Assembly: GCF_006345805.1 (NCBI RefSeq) | Contig: NC_043005.1 | Span: 104,222,001-104,286,000 of the forward strand | From: Octopus sinensis | Lineage: Eukaryota | Length of the DNA: 64,000 nt | Reading direction: 5' to 3' | In this document: piece by piece, positions 38,983 through 52,147 of the stretch | Numbering within the stretch: the stretch's first letter is position 1 | How the letters are laid out: the number at the start of each line of letters is the position of its first letter | The notes under the pieces: model-generated | Told to the model about the DNA's origin: nothing | Seen by the model: the letters and a program-made list of their open reading frames with translations, nothing else | Database searches by the model: none | Made by a program: the position numbers and the translations under genes

Positions 38983-40530
38983 GAGAAAGAGAACAGAGCA
39001 GGGGAAAGCATAAAAACAAACTCTAAAGGTTTCTATAAATTTGCAGAGAAAACAGCCACTGTACAGTACAAAATAGGAATGTTATTCCAAGAAAAGTGTG
39101 AGTGAAGCGCTCAGAGAACAATTTAAAACTTCACTTCCCCACCCCTTGAAACACAAACAGCTAAAATAACCGGCTGAATTCTTCAATATTACATCTAAGC
39201 GACAACTATCGATCGTATCGACATTGAAGAGGCAAATGTAACAACAGCCATAGACGAAATAAACGTAAGCTCAGCAACTGGTACCGATGGTTCCCAACTC
39301 TTCTGAAATCATGTAAGCAGACTTCAGCAAAACCACTTTGGATACTTTTCCAGAGTTTCTTTGCAAGTAGTAAGTTTCCTAAAAAGCTAAACGAAGGTAT
39401 TATCTGCGCTATCCACAAAGGTGGGAACAGAGTAGAAGCTAAAAACAACAGACCAATCTCTCTGACATCATATATCAGTAAAATCATGAAACAAATCGTC
39501 AGAACGAAACTGGTAATGTTCCGAGAAGAAAATGATTTACAGAACGATACACAGCATTGTTTCTGTTCAGGAAGACGCTGCTTCACACTACTCTATAACT
39601 GGGTTTTGAAATAGCTGCTTGGCCATTCAAACGTCAAAGTGATATGTCTTGACTACGCAAAGGCCTTTCATAAGGTAGATAATGGCATATGTCACATGCA
39701 GCGTGACCCTAACATAGCTGCTACGCTGGGAGAGTAGCTGCAGAACTTCCAAAGAGATAGAAGACAGACAGTGGCAGCCAATGGTGCCGTCTCTGATGAA
39801 ACACAAATTCTGAGTGGCGTCCCCAAAGAAACTGTCTTGAGGCCCTTACAGTTTATAATAGTTCTCTTAGACATGCGCATCGCCACTTGAACAATCAATG
39901 TCACTAGCTATGCCGATGATACAAAATTATCACAGTCAATAAAGGACGCAGACGATGCCGCAAGCTTACAGTGGGACCTGATTGCAATATACAAGTGGGC
40001 TGAAAAAAACATGCAGTTTAATGCTGGAAAATTTCAAGCACTGTGATATTAGCTTACAAATGCACAGGATCCGAAGGCACGGCAATCCCAGAGTCACAGA
40101 CAATGAGAGACTTAGAAATCAGTTTGAGTAATGATGCATCATTACATATGCTCTCATGCAATGTTGGCAATGTAGCAAGAAAGTGCAAACAACTGGCAGG
40201 ATGGGTATTAAGGTCCTTCAAGAAGAGACATCAAGAAGTCATATTGACCCTATGAACGAACTTTGTTCTGAGATTCCTGGCCTACTGCTCTCAGCTGTGG
40301 TCACACCATAGCGCCAAACTAAAAAGTGTTGGCTTGAAGCAGTCCAGCGTCACTCAACTAAAGAGATTGTAACAGTGCAACAGATGAACTATACATGGAG
40401 AGACTGAAAAAAAAAAACGTTAATCCATGGAACAAATACTCTAACTGGTATGTATTTATTTACATAAGGAAAATTCTGGTAGAGCTAGTACCTAATTTAG
40501 GCGTAGAGTATTATACAAATGCCCGAACTG
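36880..40530 (+). mobile_element. CR1-clade-like LINE, near full length, decayed
   Basis: ORF1 relic 37038-37586 with a CCCH finger; ORF2 endonuclease (ALIETHL) and RT motifs RPISLTS, LDYAKAFHKVD, YADDTKL, QFNAGKFQ. Confidence 0.9.
37038..37586 (+). pseudogene. LINE ORF1 relic with a CCCH zinc finger
   Basis: CKFYLHGTCWHGKKGTNCGFAH = C-x7-C-x8-C-x3-H. Confidence 0.75.
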
Positions 40531-40545
40531 GTATTTACGTATTTA

Positions 40546-40705
40546 AGGCCATGCTGGGGCACTGCCTTGAAGGGTTTAGTCGAGCAGATCGCCCCCAGAA
40601 ATTATTTGAGTTTGAAGCGTAGTATTTGTTCTAAAGGCCAAACGGTTAGTTTTGGGGACGTAAACAAATCAACATCAGCTGTCAAGTGGTGATGGGAGAC
40701 AGACA
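40546..40705 (-). mobile_element. SINE family B truncating the LINE 3' end
   Basis: ggccatgctggggcactgcc...ggacgtaaac matches other copies. Confidence 0.8.
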
Positions 40706-40859
40706 CAGCACAAATAGAAGCGCGCGCGCGCGCACACACACACATAATTACTCAGATTCATGTACATACATACACACACGCACACATGCATTTATACAAA
40801 TACGCGGGCATGTATAAGAGGATTGCATTAATTTTTTTTACAAAAGTGAACTTAACATT

Positions 40860-41190
40860 TTTTTATTAACTGGCATATGTCGTTCAAATTGTACGCGTTG
40901 GTAGAGTAACTTCTTCTGTACGTAAAAGTATTACTCATAATATTCACCACCAGAAGCAATCGTTGACCTCAATCCTCGAATCCTCTTTGAAAAAAACTCA
41001 GATGTGTACTGTTGTACTCACTTCACCACAGCTCATCTTTCAGCTCATCTTTATCATCAAATCCTTGACCCAGAAGACTGTACATGTTGGGACCAAACAG
41101 TTGGAAGTTAGAGGGCACCAAATTCGGAATATACAATGTATGAGGAATCTTGACCAGCATACTTCGATGATTTGGAAATGGGTGCGAGGC
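40860..41190 (-). mobile_element. Mariner transposase C-terminal relic
   Basis: IPHTLYIPNLVPSNFQLFGP...FDDKDEL resembles mariner HPPYSPDLAPSDFHLF; 12-bp tandem duplication cagctcatcttt. Confidence 0.6.
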
Positions 41191-41269
41191 GTTCAATTAA
41201 ATAATAAATTATATATATTAATCAGCCGAAATTTGCTATGATGATCCGGTTCCTGACTGAAGATTAGAG

Positions 41270-41359
41270 GCTTCAAATGACCCGTCCGTTTTTTGTGTCG
41301 TCTCTTTGTGTTTTTTGCGTTCTTGTCCCATTTTGTATTTTTATATATAATTTTTATAC

Positions 41360-41449
<90 letters not shown>

Positions 41450-41790
41450 TTCAGGACGTCACCAACTGTGTAAACAACATGAAATACGTACACAAACGAG
41501 TTAAATACGCAAACAGCGAGAGAAAACATGGAAAACAAGACAAGTAAACACAGAGAAATGACTCTTCAGCAGTTGTTGGCTGTCTATCTATACCTTATTT
41601 CGAGCATTCAACGACAATGTGAGTCTTCAAAGACAGTTACTCCCATAAATTCTAAAATAAAATTTAGGATTTATGGAGGGTCAAAGCTGGGAACAAAAAC
41701 AAGACAGTAGAGATATACAAAGAAACCGAACGAAAACAAACATGGAGGGTCGTTTGACCAGAACGAAAGGAAAATAGTGAACGCTGGGAG
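41270..41790 (-). repeat. (TA)n-anchored dispersed repeat(s) of the Penelope pseudo-LTR type
   Basis: Pyrimidine-rich body and (TA)n junction resemble 29906-30123; only a degenerate ribozyme trace. Confidence 0.4.
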
Positions 41791-42034
41791 AAATATTTTC
41801 TTTGAAAAGAGAAATGATAGGAGAGAGGGAGAAAAAATGTTAAGTTCTTTGAACGTTCGTGCAGGAAAAGAAAGATGGTCACATGAGGAACGGAAAGATG
41901 GACGATAGTTACGTGTGAGTAACGAGAGAGAGAAAATGAGAAAGAGGGGAGAGAGAGACAGATAGAAAACGGTGAAAGAGGGAGTGGGAGGAAAAGGGAA
42001 TTAGAGAAGGATGGAGAAAGAAAACAGTATTGAG

Positions 42035-44140
42035 CAGGGATGCCACTGATGGGTTTTTCCACCAAGATCGGGGGTTTTAGGAGCAATGATGGGTTTATGG
42101 GTTTTAATTTCTAAATTTACATTAAATCTGGGGTTTTAAATTAGCTTTGGCTGCAAACGTATCTTTTAAAGAGAATACGGTCATACTCCTTGTATGCGAT
42201 ATGTACCAAAGTTTCACCTCTTCTAATACTTAGTAAACTTTCTATATATCATCCATAATAATTTCACGTAATGAATTTATCGATTCAAATATTGTATGTG
42301 ACGTAATTATCGATCGTACGCCCTCATTACTTATTTATACTTGTATCATACCGGACAACTACAAGTTACAACGCTTTGGTGGCCGCTTGTACACTTGTCT
42401 GAAATTCTGACAGCTCCAGTTGACAACTTGACTGTTTACGCTTCGATTATTACTCGCGATTTAAAATTTGTTTGACAACATTTTGAGTGAGTGTTTTTAT
42501 GTAACCCTTTGCGATGTAATGGCAGACAATAGTGTGCCCCAAAAGAGGAAGTGGCACACCCAAAATTTCAAGAAGTCGTGGCTGGAGGATGCTGAGCTTA
42601 AAGATTCTTTACGGCAATATGATAAAAATCCTGACACCTGCTACTGCGTTTGTTGCAACGTTGTGATGAAAAATGCTAACAAATCAAATCAATGCTGTTA
42701 GCTCACAAAAACACTGCCAAACACAAGAAAGCTTTTGATTGTGCGAAATCTGCTATTAAATTAGATTCATTTATTGTTAAAAAAAGCCAGCTGATATATT
42801 AAATGAAAAAGTAGCTAAGGCAGACCTGCTACTAACAGGTTATGTTGCCGAACATCACATAACTTTCATCCATATAAATCACTTAGCTGAAGTTTGTAAA
42901 AAGGCCTTTTCCAATAGTGAAATAGCTAAAAATCAACAAATGATAAAAAAAACAACTTAAGACGGAATTGCACATTATGAACGAAATGAAATCTTGGAAA
43001 TTCTCAAGAAACAAAAGTTTTCAGTATTGATAGATGAGAGAACGGACATCTCAGTGACATAAATCTTAGCAATAGTTGTTTGCCTTTTTTTATGAACAAT
43101 CGCTTAATGTCAAGGATGCTCATTTGGATGCAATTGTAGAAAATGGTTCGTCTCAGGGTTTGTACGATGCTGTCAAGTCCACGCTCGCAAAAGAAGATGT
43201 ATCTACGAGCAACATACTTGGATTTGCCAGCGATAATTGCTGAACATTGATGGGTAACAAGAGTGGGTGTCAAAAGTTATTGAGAAACGATATTCCGACT
43301 GTATTTACAATAGGATGTGTGCCATTCGTTTGCACTTTGTTCAAGTCATGCAGTGAACGTGTAACTTTCGTATGACGAGTCTTTTTTAAAGGACTTAACT
43401 TCTTACTTTTCTCGAAGTGGCAAACATCTGAATGACTTCAATATGATACAAAGTGTTGTTGGCACAAAAGAAAACAAGATTCCAAAGCTTTCACAAACTA
43501 GATGGTTGTCGTATGAAAATGTAATTAACGTTATAATAGAACTGTGGGATGCCCTTGTACTTCATTTTCAGTGAGAGGCTAAAGTAGAAAAAGTGGACGG
43601 GGCAAAAAGGATCTATGAAATAATGATTAGCAAAGGGACGAAGCACATGCTGCTCTTCTTGCATTATATATTAAAGAAAGTAAATGCTCTTAATGTCAAG
43701 TTTTAGTCGGAACACTTTCGATTGCATATGTTGCATACATTCGTATCCAGTGAATATAAAAGTATCCTTAGTTGCTTTATAAAAGAGGATGTTTTAGCTG
43801 TATCTAAATTATCAGATATTGATCTTAATAACTGAACAAATCACAAAGATATGAATGATATTTGCCTTGGCTAACGCGCAATGAGATATCTAGAACAAAA
43901 CTCCGTCGTTGGTGACTCAGCTTGATTCAAAACTAATTGCAAAAGTTCTTTAATAGAATTATGCTCTTAAATAAAAATGCGCTTTCCTCTCGGTGAAGCT
44001 GGACTACTTGCCCTCTAAGAAATACTTGATCCAAAAGTAGCGCGCGATCTCACTAACTCTCCTCAGTCAATAATTCCCTTGGCATCAAACTTTCGCTTTG
44101 ACTCTCAGAACTGTCGTTCGGAGTTCGTTAATTTCCGTAA
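42035..44140 (+). mobile_element. hAT DNA transposon, 3'-truncated, with transposase pseudogene at about 42517-44100
   Basis: Terminus cagggatgcca; BED-type finger CYCVCC...H...H; FSVLIDERTD, FASDNC, C(V)CH and TRWLS motifs; many stops. Confidence 0.9.
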
Positions 44141-44143
44141 AAA

Positions 44144-44550
44144 TTTTTATTTATTCACTTTTGTTTTAAAGTGAAAGAGGGGAGAAAGTGAAAGGTGTAT
44201 GTACGTGTATATGAAATGGAAGTGTGTGGGTGAAAGAGAGAGATAAAGAGAGGGAGAGAAAAGGAGAGAGAGAAAAAGAGAGTGAAGGAGAGAAAGAGAA
44301 AGAGATAGTGAATGAAGGGGTGTGTTGTCATGTGTTCGTACATACATCAATACATATGCGTACATCGTTTTTGTATGTACGTGTGCATATGTGTGTGTGT
44401 GTGAAAGAATGAGATAGTGAGTGAACGTGTGTGTTCTCATGTATGTGTAAGCAGCACTCTCTCTCTCTCTCTCTCCCTCTCTCACACACGTCCATTTCAT
44501 ATACACGTCCATATATCTTTCACTTTAAAACAAAAGTAAATCAATAAAAA
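44144..44550. repeat. Inverted repeat of about 100-bp arms around GA/CA-rich filler
   Basis: acttttgttttaaagtgaaaga...acgtgtatatgaaatgga is mirrored at 44455-44550. Confidence 0.75.
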
Positions 44551-45061
44551 AGTTTTAAAGAAATTAGCGAACAAAACCAGCTGATCCGGATGACAGTTCT
44601 GAGAGTCAAAGCAAGTTTTGAGAGTCAAAGCGACAATTCTGAGAGTCAAAGCGAAAGATCGCCCCAAGGGAATATCATTACAAAAACTTTTTGGAGTGCA
44701 TTTAACGTATCTCAGCTTCAAAGAGTTGGCTGCTATTTCTAGCACACCCTGCTACAACGTATCAGATATTTGTGATAAAGGACACGAAATACATGTTACG
44801 TCGTAGCAGGGCGTGCAAGAAATAGTAGCCAAATCTTTCCATTTCTATTGAAAGGAGCCGTTTACGCGCGATTTCGATATCGCATTCGTTGAAAGCATGG
44901 GAAATAACCTGGAAAAGAAAAGAAAAACTCACGAAGCAAAACTCTATTGCTGGGAAACTCAGACTTTCCAGGTGGCTCAACGGGTCACGGGTAGTCTAGT
45001 AAACAGCTAAGATCTTTATTCATTATGATCGTCATTACTGTCATCGTCGTCGTTATTATAA

Positions 45062-45192
<131 letters not shown>

Positions 45193-45395
45193 GGCAGCTG
45201 TTGCATAGAGGCTTACGCTGTAACAGTGCTCTCTCGACCATTTGTTGCTGATTCCCTGCTCCTGGCGAATGACACCTTTGCATCACTCAGGCGACATCTT
45301 TCCAACCCATGGATCTTTTTGGGTAGTCATTTCTGTTGAAGGTTTATGAACTCGGGTTAAAATCCCACCTCAGCCTCTTACAAGTGTTATTAGCA

Positions 45396-45530
45396 TCAAA
45401 TTCCGCCAGGGTCGACTTTGCTTTCATCCTTTCTGGGTCGATAAAAGAAGTACCAGTTTAACATTGAGATCGATGTGATCGACGTCGCCCTCCCACCAAA
45501 ATTGTGGGCTTTTTACCAAAATTTGAAACC
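45396..45530 (+). mobile_element. SINE family C, 5'-truncated
   Basis: caaattccgccagggtcgactttgc...aagtaccag...ccaaaatttgaaacc. Confidence 0.8.
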
Positions 45531-46489
45531 TGTATTATTATTGTCAGCAACAATATTTTGATTATTTATCTTACGGCGATTAGATGTCGCTATAATAGAC
45601 GCGAAGTGAGATATAGTAGCGTATGATAATTTAGCATTTGACATTAAAAATTTGATTGCATTTAAGCAGAGGTGGAAAATTATTCGTTGGGAAATAGAAA
45701 ATATTCTCGACACAGGCGATTTTACTTGCAAGCAAAAAGGAACCTCATACCATATAGTATTTATTTTCCTGTTTTCCTTAATACGAATCATTGATAGCGT
45801 ATTATCAGTTGAAATTCGAAGAGCATTTAAATTTTTTTTAGATGTTAAATTATTATTATTAAAAGTTCTATCAACTATATTACATTGAGACGTCTTAGCC
45901 TTAATTTTCTTATTGATTTGTGAATAATATTGTACACGCTGTTATTTATGGTTTTATCTATAAAAAATATTTTACTTCATATTTTTCGGAATTTCTAAAA
46001 TTTTATAAGACAAATATCTTATAGATCTCGTTCGTAGGAAGAAAGCTTTTTAAACAGGAGAAAATTCAAAGTGTTGCTTTGATATGAAGAATATGTGAGT
46101 CTAAGATGACAGACAACCTTGGCCATTTTCTATCGTAGGTATTTTTTAAACAAATATTCTACTTGCTATTAATTAAAGCTTTATCTATACCGAGATCCAC
46201 CGTATAAAAATAATATACCTCAATTATATCTTAATTATGAAATTCAGTAGATAACGTCTGTATGAAAGCCACAGAAAATGCTCTCGAGCTAAACAATAAA
46301 CATTTTTGAAATGCCATTGTCATCTTAAGTTTTCTAGTCTTCTAAATATTTTTCTCTGAACTTTCGTTTTAGCCTATGCAAATTCATTTCTGTCATGGCT
46401 ATAGTATTGAAGCAATAGTACATGGTAGTTTATCATGTAAAAATGTTGAATTCCGTGACTATATATATTTTTTTCTGTGCTTGGTTTTC

Positions 46490-47520
46490 AAAGTAAACGA
46501 CCACCTCTCGGAACCGTGTCGCACCGCACTCTTGTCTCTCCTGTATGTGCTGACTTTTACCCTCTGCTTCGGAAGTTGGAACAGTTAAAGGGCATCCCTT
46601 TCGAAATGGAACCCGAGAGAACGTATTTGCATATGCGAACGACGTTACTGTCATGTCAGATGCCAAAGAAATGGAAGTTGTCATCACTATTGATAAGGAA
46701 TACGAGACGATGAAAGAAAAAAATGTGGACAAGTTAGTAGGCTTGTAGTTGGGTAGCTGGAGAAGTAGGTCTACGGCATCAAACGGTGTTCATGGGACGC
46801 TGAACCGACAAACAAGTTAACCTGTTCGGTGTCTGGTTTGGTCTTAACGTCCATGTGGACGGGAATTAGGAAGTGGTGCTTGACAGAGCAGTTAGTCTAA
46901 CTTATAGATTGGCATAAAAGTAGCTGTAACTGAAAGGTCGGCAGAGGTAGCGAATTCTTACATCACTTCTGTTACTGTTTCCTGTTTGGTTGTCCTTTCT
47001 GTTCCAACTATCTTCTGGTCAGGTAAGAGCGTTTGTTATTCAGTTTGTTTTGGAAGAGACGCTTTCTACAAGATAGGCGGTTCATCTGTTACTTGTATTC
47101 TCTGCTTTGGAGTTTGGTTATGCCTAGGCTGCGGATGGGCAGACACGCACTGAGAATGCACCACCTACAGTGATTCAAAGACCTTTTGTGGAGTATGTCT
47201 CTCCACAAATTGTCTCTTCCTTGAGGCTGCAGTCTTGAGTAAGCAAAAGCCAAGACTGGGTGCCTAATATCTAGAAGTCCCTCTCATAGTAGAGTAACGA
47301 TTTCGGTTGATATTCTACCCTAATAGTCCTGTAGAGAATTATTAGCAGGCAAAAGTTACAACGTTCTTGGGTGTCGATGAGAGCAAATTGGTTAATCTGA
47401 GGACTTTCGAGTTCGGGATTACCATGGTTCATTTCTGGAAGTTCTCGGCCTGGCAGTGCTCCCGGGGAACAGCCACCTATTCGAGATAAACTCCACAGGA
47501 ATGGCAGCGCCGTCAGATAA
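46490..47520 (+). mobile_element. Tx1/L1-like LINE RT fragment, decayed
   Basis: SLLYVLT..PLLRKLE, VFAYANDVTV (YADD) and KLVGL*LGSWRSRS. Confidence 0.72.
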
Positions 47521-47521
47521 C

Positions 47522-47846
47522 AAGGCTAAATATAATTTAAATAAAATTTAAAGAAATTTTAAAGGTTGAACCATTAGACAGATTAAGGATTAAAATTTAA
47601 AACTAACATTTAAAAATAATAAAATTAAAATTAAAGAATTAAATGAATTTTTAAAGATATATTAAAAATTTATAATTAGATAAAATATATTATTAAGTTT
47701 TCATACATATTTTTAAAAAATTCTTTTAATCACTTTAATTTTAATTTTATAAGTTTCAAATTTCAGTTTGGATTTTAATCCTTAATCTGTTTAATGGTTT
47801 AATTTTTAAAATTCTTTTAATTTAATTTAAAATTACATTCGGCCTT
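47522..47846. repeat. AT-rich foldback palindrome (arms about 150 bp)
   Basis: aaccattagacagattaaggattaaaat is mirrored by attttaatccttaatctgtttaatggtt. Confidence 0.82.
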
Positions 47847-48478
47847 CAATTTTATTTGGTTTTAAATAACTCTACTTCATTTTATTATTTTCTCTATATT
47901 GCATATCCAAGCTCACCAAAGCTTTCTCAACCTTCTCATAACATAGTTACTGCTGATCTTTCATTTATTTTCCAATACAATTCTCCCACTATGCATGATA
48001 GTAAAAACGACCAAATATTAAAGATTCATGTTGACCATGTGCGTAAGTAGTCTATATCAAATTTCAGCACAATATTTAGAGTGTCGGACATGAAAACAAT
48101 ACAAATATTTTCGTGTGTGATGACCCAATTACAAACACTAATGTTTTTATGTCTGTCCTTTCCTTAATTTCGGACATCCTCTTCACCCTTTTTCTATCAA
48201 ATGTCTTCGCCTCCTTTAGTCTTTCTATTACTTTCTCTCTATCATTCTTTCTTTCTCTTCACATTAGTCCTTCTCTTCCAAATTATCATTTTTGTTCTCC
48301 TTTCCTATTTAACTATCTTCCCCTTACATTATACTAATTCTCATTGCCTCCCATCACCGCTCTGATGCCTGCACCATTCCTTCAATGTTCTTCTTTGTTA
48401 TAACAACAAATGTCTCTGACGAAATAGCAATAATTTTATATATATGCATATATATGTATATATATATATTGGCAAATG

Positions 48479-49589
48479 AAAAATGCGGACGCATAGTAAC
48501 AATATTTTAAAGAATTAAACCCGGAAAAGTAGAGGACAAAAAAAAACTCATTAAAATATAGAGCTTAAAATATTGCTGCTAAAATTAGAGTTTTAAGTTT
48601 TTTTATTAATTCATTTAGTACAAAAAATGAAATTAAAATACAAAAGGAAAAGTGAAATTAATTGAATTTTAAAAAATATGAAAAAGCGCCTATTTTTATC
48701 TTAAAAGTTAGATTACTTATTTAATAAAAAGCATATATTTTTTTAATAGATTGTATAGGAAATACATGTGAGTACGGGTGAATGGTCTATTTTTTGGCAT
48801 GCTAAACATTTTTACGTCCTGATTTCGTACCATTTCAAGTATTTCAAATTTATATATTTTTGTATTATTCAACCATGATTTGAAAAAAATAATTTAGCAT
48901 GACAAAAAATAGACCATACACCCTCATCATATGTATTTCGGTATATTAATTAAATTAAAAAAAAAAATATTCATTACCATTTCAAAATTTGAAATTGAAT
49001 TCTACAGTATATTATTAAATATACTTTTATTTTAAAAAAATTCTATTGTCAATTCAGTTTACTTTAAATTTTTTTACAATTTTATAATTTAGTTTATTAT
49101 ATAATTATAAATTCTTGATTTTTTTATTAGAATATTTACATGTGAGTGCGAGTGTGTTTGAATTAATACTTTTTATTATTTGCATTATTTAGTAACATTA
49201 ATAATGCAAAAATTTATTTTTTGTATCTTTTTAATTTGATCATTTAAGATAAAAACTATTTGCAATATTTCTAAATACACTTGATGTAGATGCTTATATA
49301 AAATTTTCCCAACAACCTATAAAAAGATATGTTTTTTATTAAGTAATCTAAGGTTTAAGATATAAATACCTCTTAGGTACTTTTTCATGTTTTTTTTAAA
49401 AATTCAATTAATTTCACTTTTCTTTTTTATTTTAATTTTATTTTTGTACTAAATAAATTAATTAAAAAAATTTTAAATTTAGATATTAGCAGCAATATTT
49501 TAAGCCCGAATTTTAATGAGTTTTTTCCTTGTCCTCTACTTTTCCAGGTTTAATTCTTTAAAATATTGTTACTATGCGTCCGCATTTTT
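48479..49589. mobile_element. Foldback element: about 285-bp outer arms plus an inner palindrome (48760-48806 / 48893-48939)
   Basis: First 43 bp of the arms match perfectly (aaaaatgcggacgcatagtaacaatattttaaagaattaaacc). Confidence 0.88.
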
Positions 49590-51203
49590 TATTGGATAGT
49601 CCAGTGTTTTTACAGGCATTGCAGTAATAGTAAAATTTTAATTAAAAATATATAAAATTACCATTTTTTGCGGTCATTTTGAATTCAAAAATTTCCAAGA
49701 AAATTCAAACAAAATTTTGATTTTATCATTTGACTAATTTTCATTTAGAAATTAAATTAAAAATGGATGATAATCATTGCAACTTTGCCTTTTTTGGACA
49801 TAAAGTACGTACTGTAATTTCGGTACTCTTCAGAGACAAAGTTACAAATGAATATATTTAAAGAATTTTTAAAATAATGAAAAAAAATGAGGATACAAAT
49901 TTAATAAAATGACTTTATCCTAAATAAATCAAATTAAATTAATATTCAATAGAATATAATTACAAGTAGCATTTGCCTTTTCCGAACAACTTTACTACAG
50001 ACTTCAGTACTGATCATAGAGACAAAGCCACAAATAATCATATTCTATTTATTATAAAATTATTTCATATAAGAGTAGTGTCCCTTTAATATCACGCAAA
50101 AATTGATAAAGATTTGTGAATTAAAATTGAATAACTTTTTACTAAAGGATAAAATTTTATGAAACCTTTGCTAATATATTCCTGTAACATTCAAAAACCC
50201 GATCGATGAAATTATTTCATGAAGAGTATATATAAACATTAAGTCAGCAGGCACAAGGTGTGAACATATATTCATTTAAGCACGTAACCATACGAACACA
50301 GCTGTTTCGAAACCTTCTTCGAGTAGTATTAATTTCAGTATGGAAGAAAATATGCTTTAGTTTTAATATGTATGCTCAGCTTCATACAACACAATTGTAA
50401 ATTCATACATTGATGAAAATAGGATCATCAGATTCCAGAATAACACGGTTACGCCAGATATATATATATATATATATCGATAGATAGATAAAGATACATA
50501 TCGGTATGTGTATATATGTATATATACATATGTATACTATAATGGAGAAAGCTGCTTATTAATCAGGTATATAACAATTACTAAAAGTACTAAAAGAAAG
50601 CAATTATTAAAGGGTTGACCGTCTGAAAATATTTTTATAAATTCATGTTCTAAGAAATTTCCTATAACTTCGATTTCTCAAATTTATTGATTTTTGTAAC
50701 TCCAATTTCTCGTAAATTTAGATATTCATTGCATTCACTGCGCTCAGTTCTTCACAAATTTAAATATTCATTGCATTCGCTGCGGAGTATTCCATTTTCA
50801 TTTGCAATGTCTCTCACTTTCTCTCTTATGTTTTCATTCGCTATTTGGGAAACTGACAGTTTATTCTATTAATGTATACGTAATGTAAAAACATTATTTA
50901 TTGAAGGAAAATGTTTTTAAATACGTTGTATAGCTGTAAGAAAAGCCTAGAAAGTTGGATAATTACTATTAGAAGACGAGGAGAAAAAGTTACCAAGTAC
51001 TCGAAACTTGCACCTTATTCACAGTTTCCAAGCACTCCGTTCGTACCACTAAGCCAATATATACACAAAGTTGACTGAGCGGCTTCAATAGTGACACACC
51101 CACCCACCAATACGCACTCGCGCACACATAGATATACATACCCACAAATGAAAGGCGCGTGTATGTGTTTGTGTGTATGCTTGTGTGCGCGCGCGTGCGT
51201 GTG

Positions 51204-51261
51204 CTGTTCACTGACAAAACTTCGTGCATCATCACTTTTGTGAAGTTTTGTCAGTGAACAG
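51204..51261. other. 58-nt hairpin with a perfect 20-bp stem
   Basis: ctgttcactgacaaaacttc / gaagttttgtcagtgaacag. Confidence 0.9.
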
Positions 51262-51325
51262 GTCGCGGTTTCAAAGCGACGAAAATAATTTGACACAAAT
51301 GAAATTTTAATGTTGAAGCGAAACT

Positions 51326-51530
51326 GGTATTACTTAAATACAGAGGTTCCTTAACGATACTGCTTAAATACAAGTGTTACGTACAAAACATTTTAAATGT
51401 ACGCTGTGCGGACGTGTAATGACATCCTAGTCCTAACCCTAACCTTAACCCTAAAAACTAACCCTAAGTCTAACCCTACCTTTCATATCGTTGCATAGAT
51501 GCATTGGTACCTCTGTATTTAAGTAGTGCC
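51326..51530. mobile_element. MITE-like element with 22-bp inverted ends and internal (TAACCC)-like repeats
   Basis: ggtattacttaaatacagaggt / acctctgtatttaagtagtgcc; degenerate cctaac units at about 51430-51480. Confidence 0.75.
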
Positions 51531-51769
51531 ATGAAACTAACGGTTTTCGTGTGTTCTTGAATGGCTTCCAAACATCTTCTACGCTGCAATTGTTTTTGTT
51601 TCAGCATACAATCTCAGCTCAAGTCACTCCGTAATTTTTTAATCACCGTGGATAAATGCTAGCAATGATCATCTTCTTAGGGTCTCCCGTACTTTAATTT
51701 CAGACACAGAAACAATCGGGGGCAGGCGGTAAGGTTGCTAAGAATTCATAATTTTTCAAATTTTTTTTT

Positions 51770-52147
51770 ATCTCTCTCTATATAAACGGCAGTTTGTCTG
51801 TGCGTGTTTCTGTGTGTCTGTTTGCTTGTACCCTCACCCTGACCACGGCTTTCAACGATTCTGATGAACTTGATACACACATAGCCCAATGTCATAATTC
51901 AAAACTAACGCAGCGAAATTTTGAAAAGTTCCCCCAGTTCTGAAAAAAATCGATAAATTCGACATGGGGTCGACAATGAGAAACACAAACCACAAACTGT
52001 CATGGGGACGCAACTCCACCTTTTTAAATCTCAAAAAAATTTACCATCATTTTTTCCATTTTTTGCTATTTTTGGCTATAACTCTAAAAAATGCTTTATA
52101 GTTATTTCCCTTACAAACCTGAGCAACGCCGGGCGATACTGCTAGTA
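51770..52147 (+). mobile_element. Non-autonomous Helitron-like element, copy 3 (complete)
   Basis: 5' TC..., 3' GC-rich mini-hairpin followed by CTAG|T; ends shared with copies 2 and 1. Confidence 0.75.

Noticed and set aside
41560-41637. Degenerate minus-strand hammerhead trace (TTGAAGA...GAAA...GTA)
   Set aside because: C3 is changed and stems II and III do not pair convincingly; not counted
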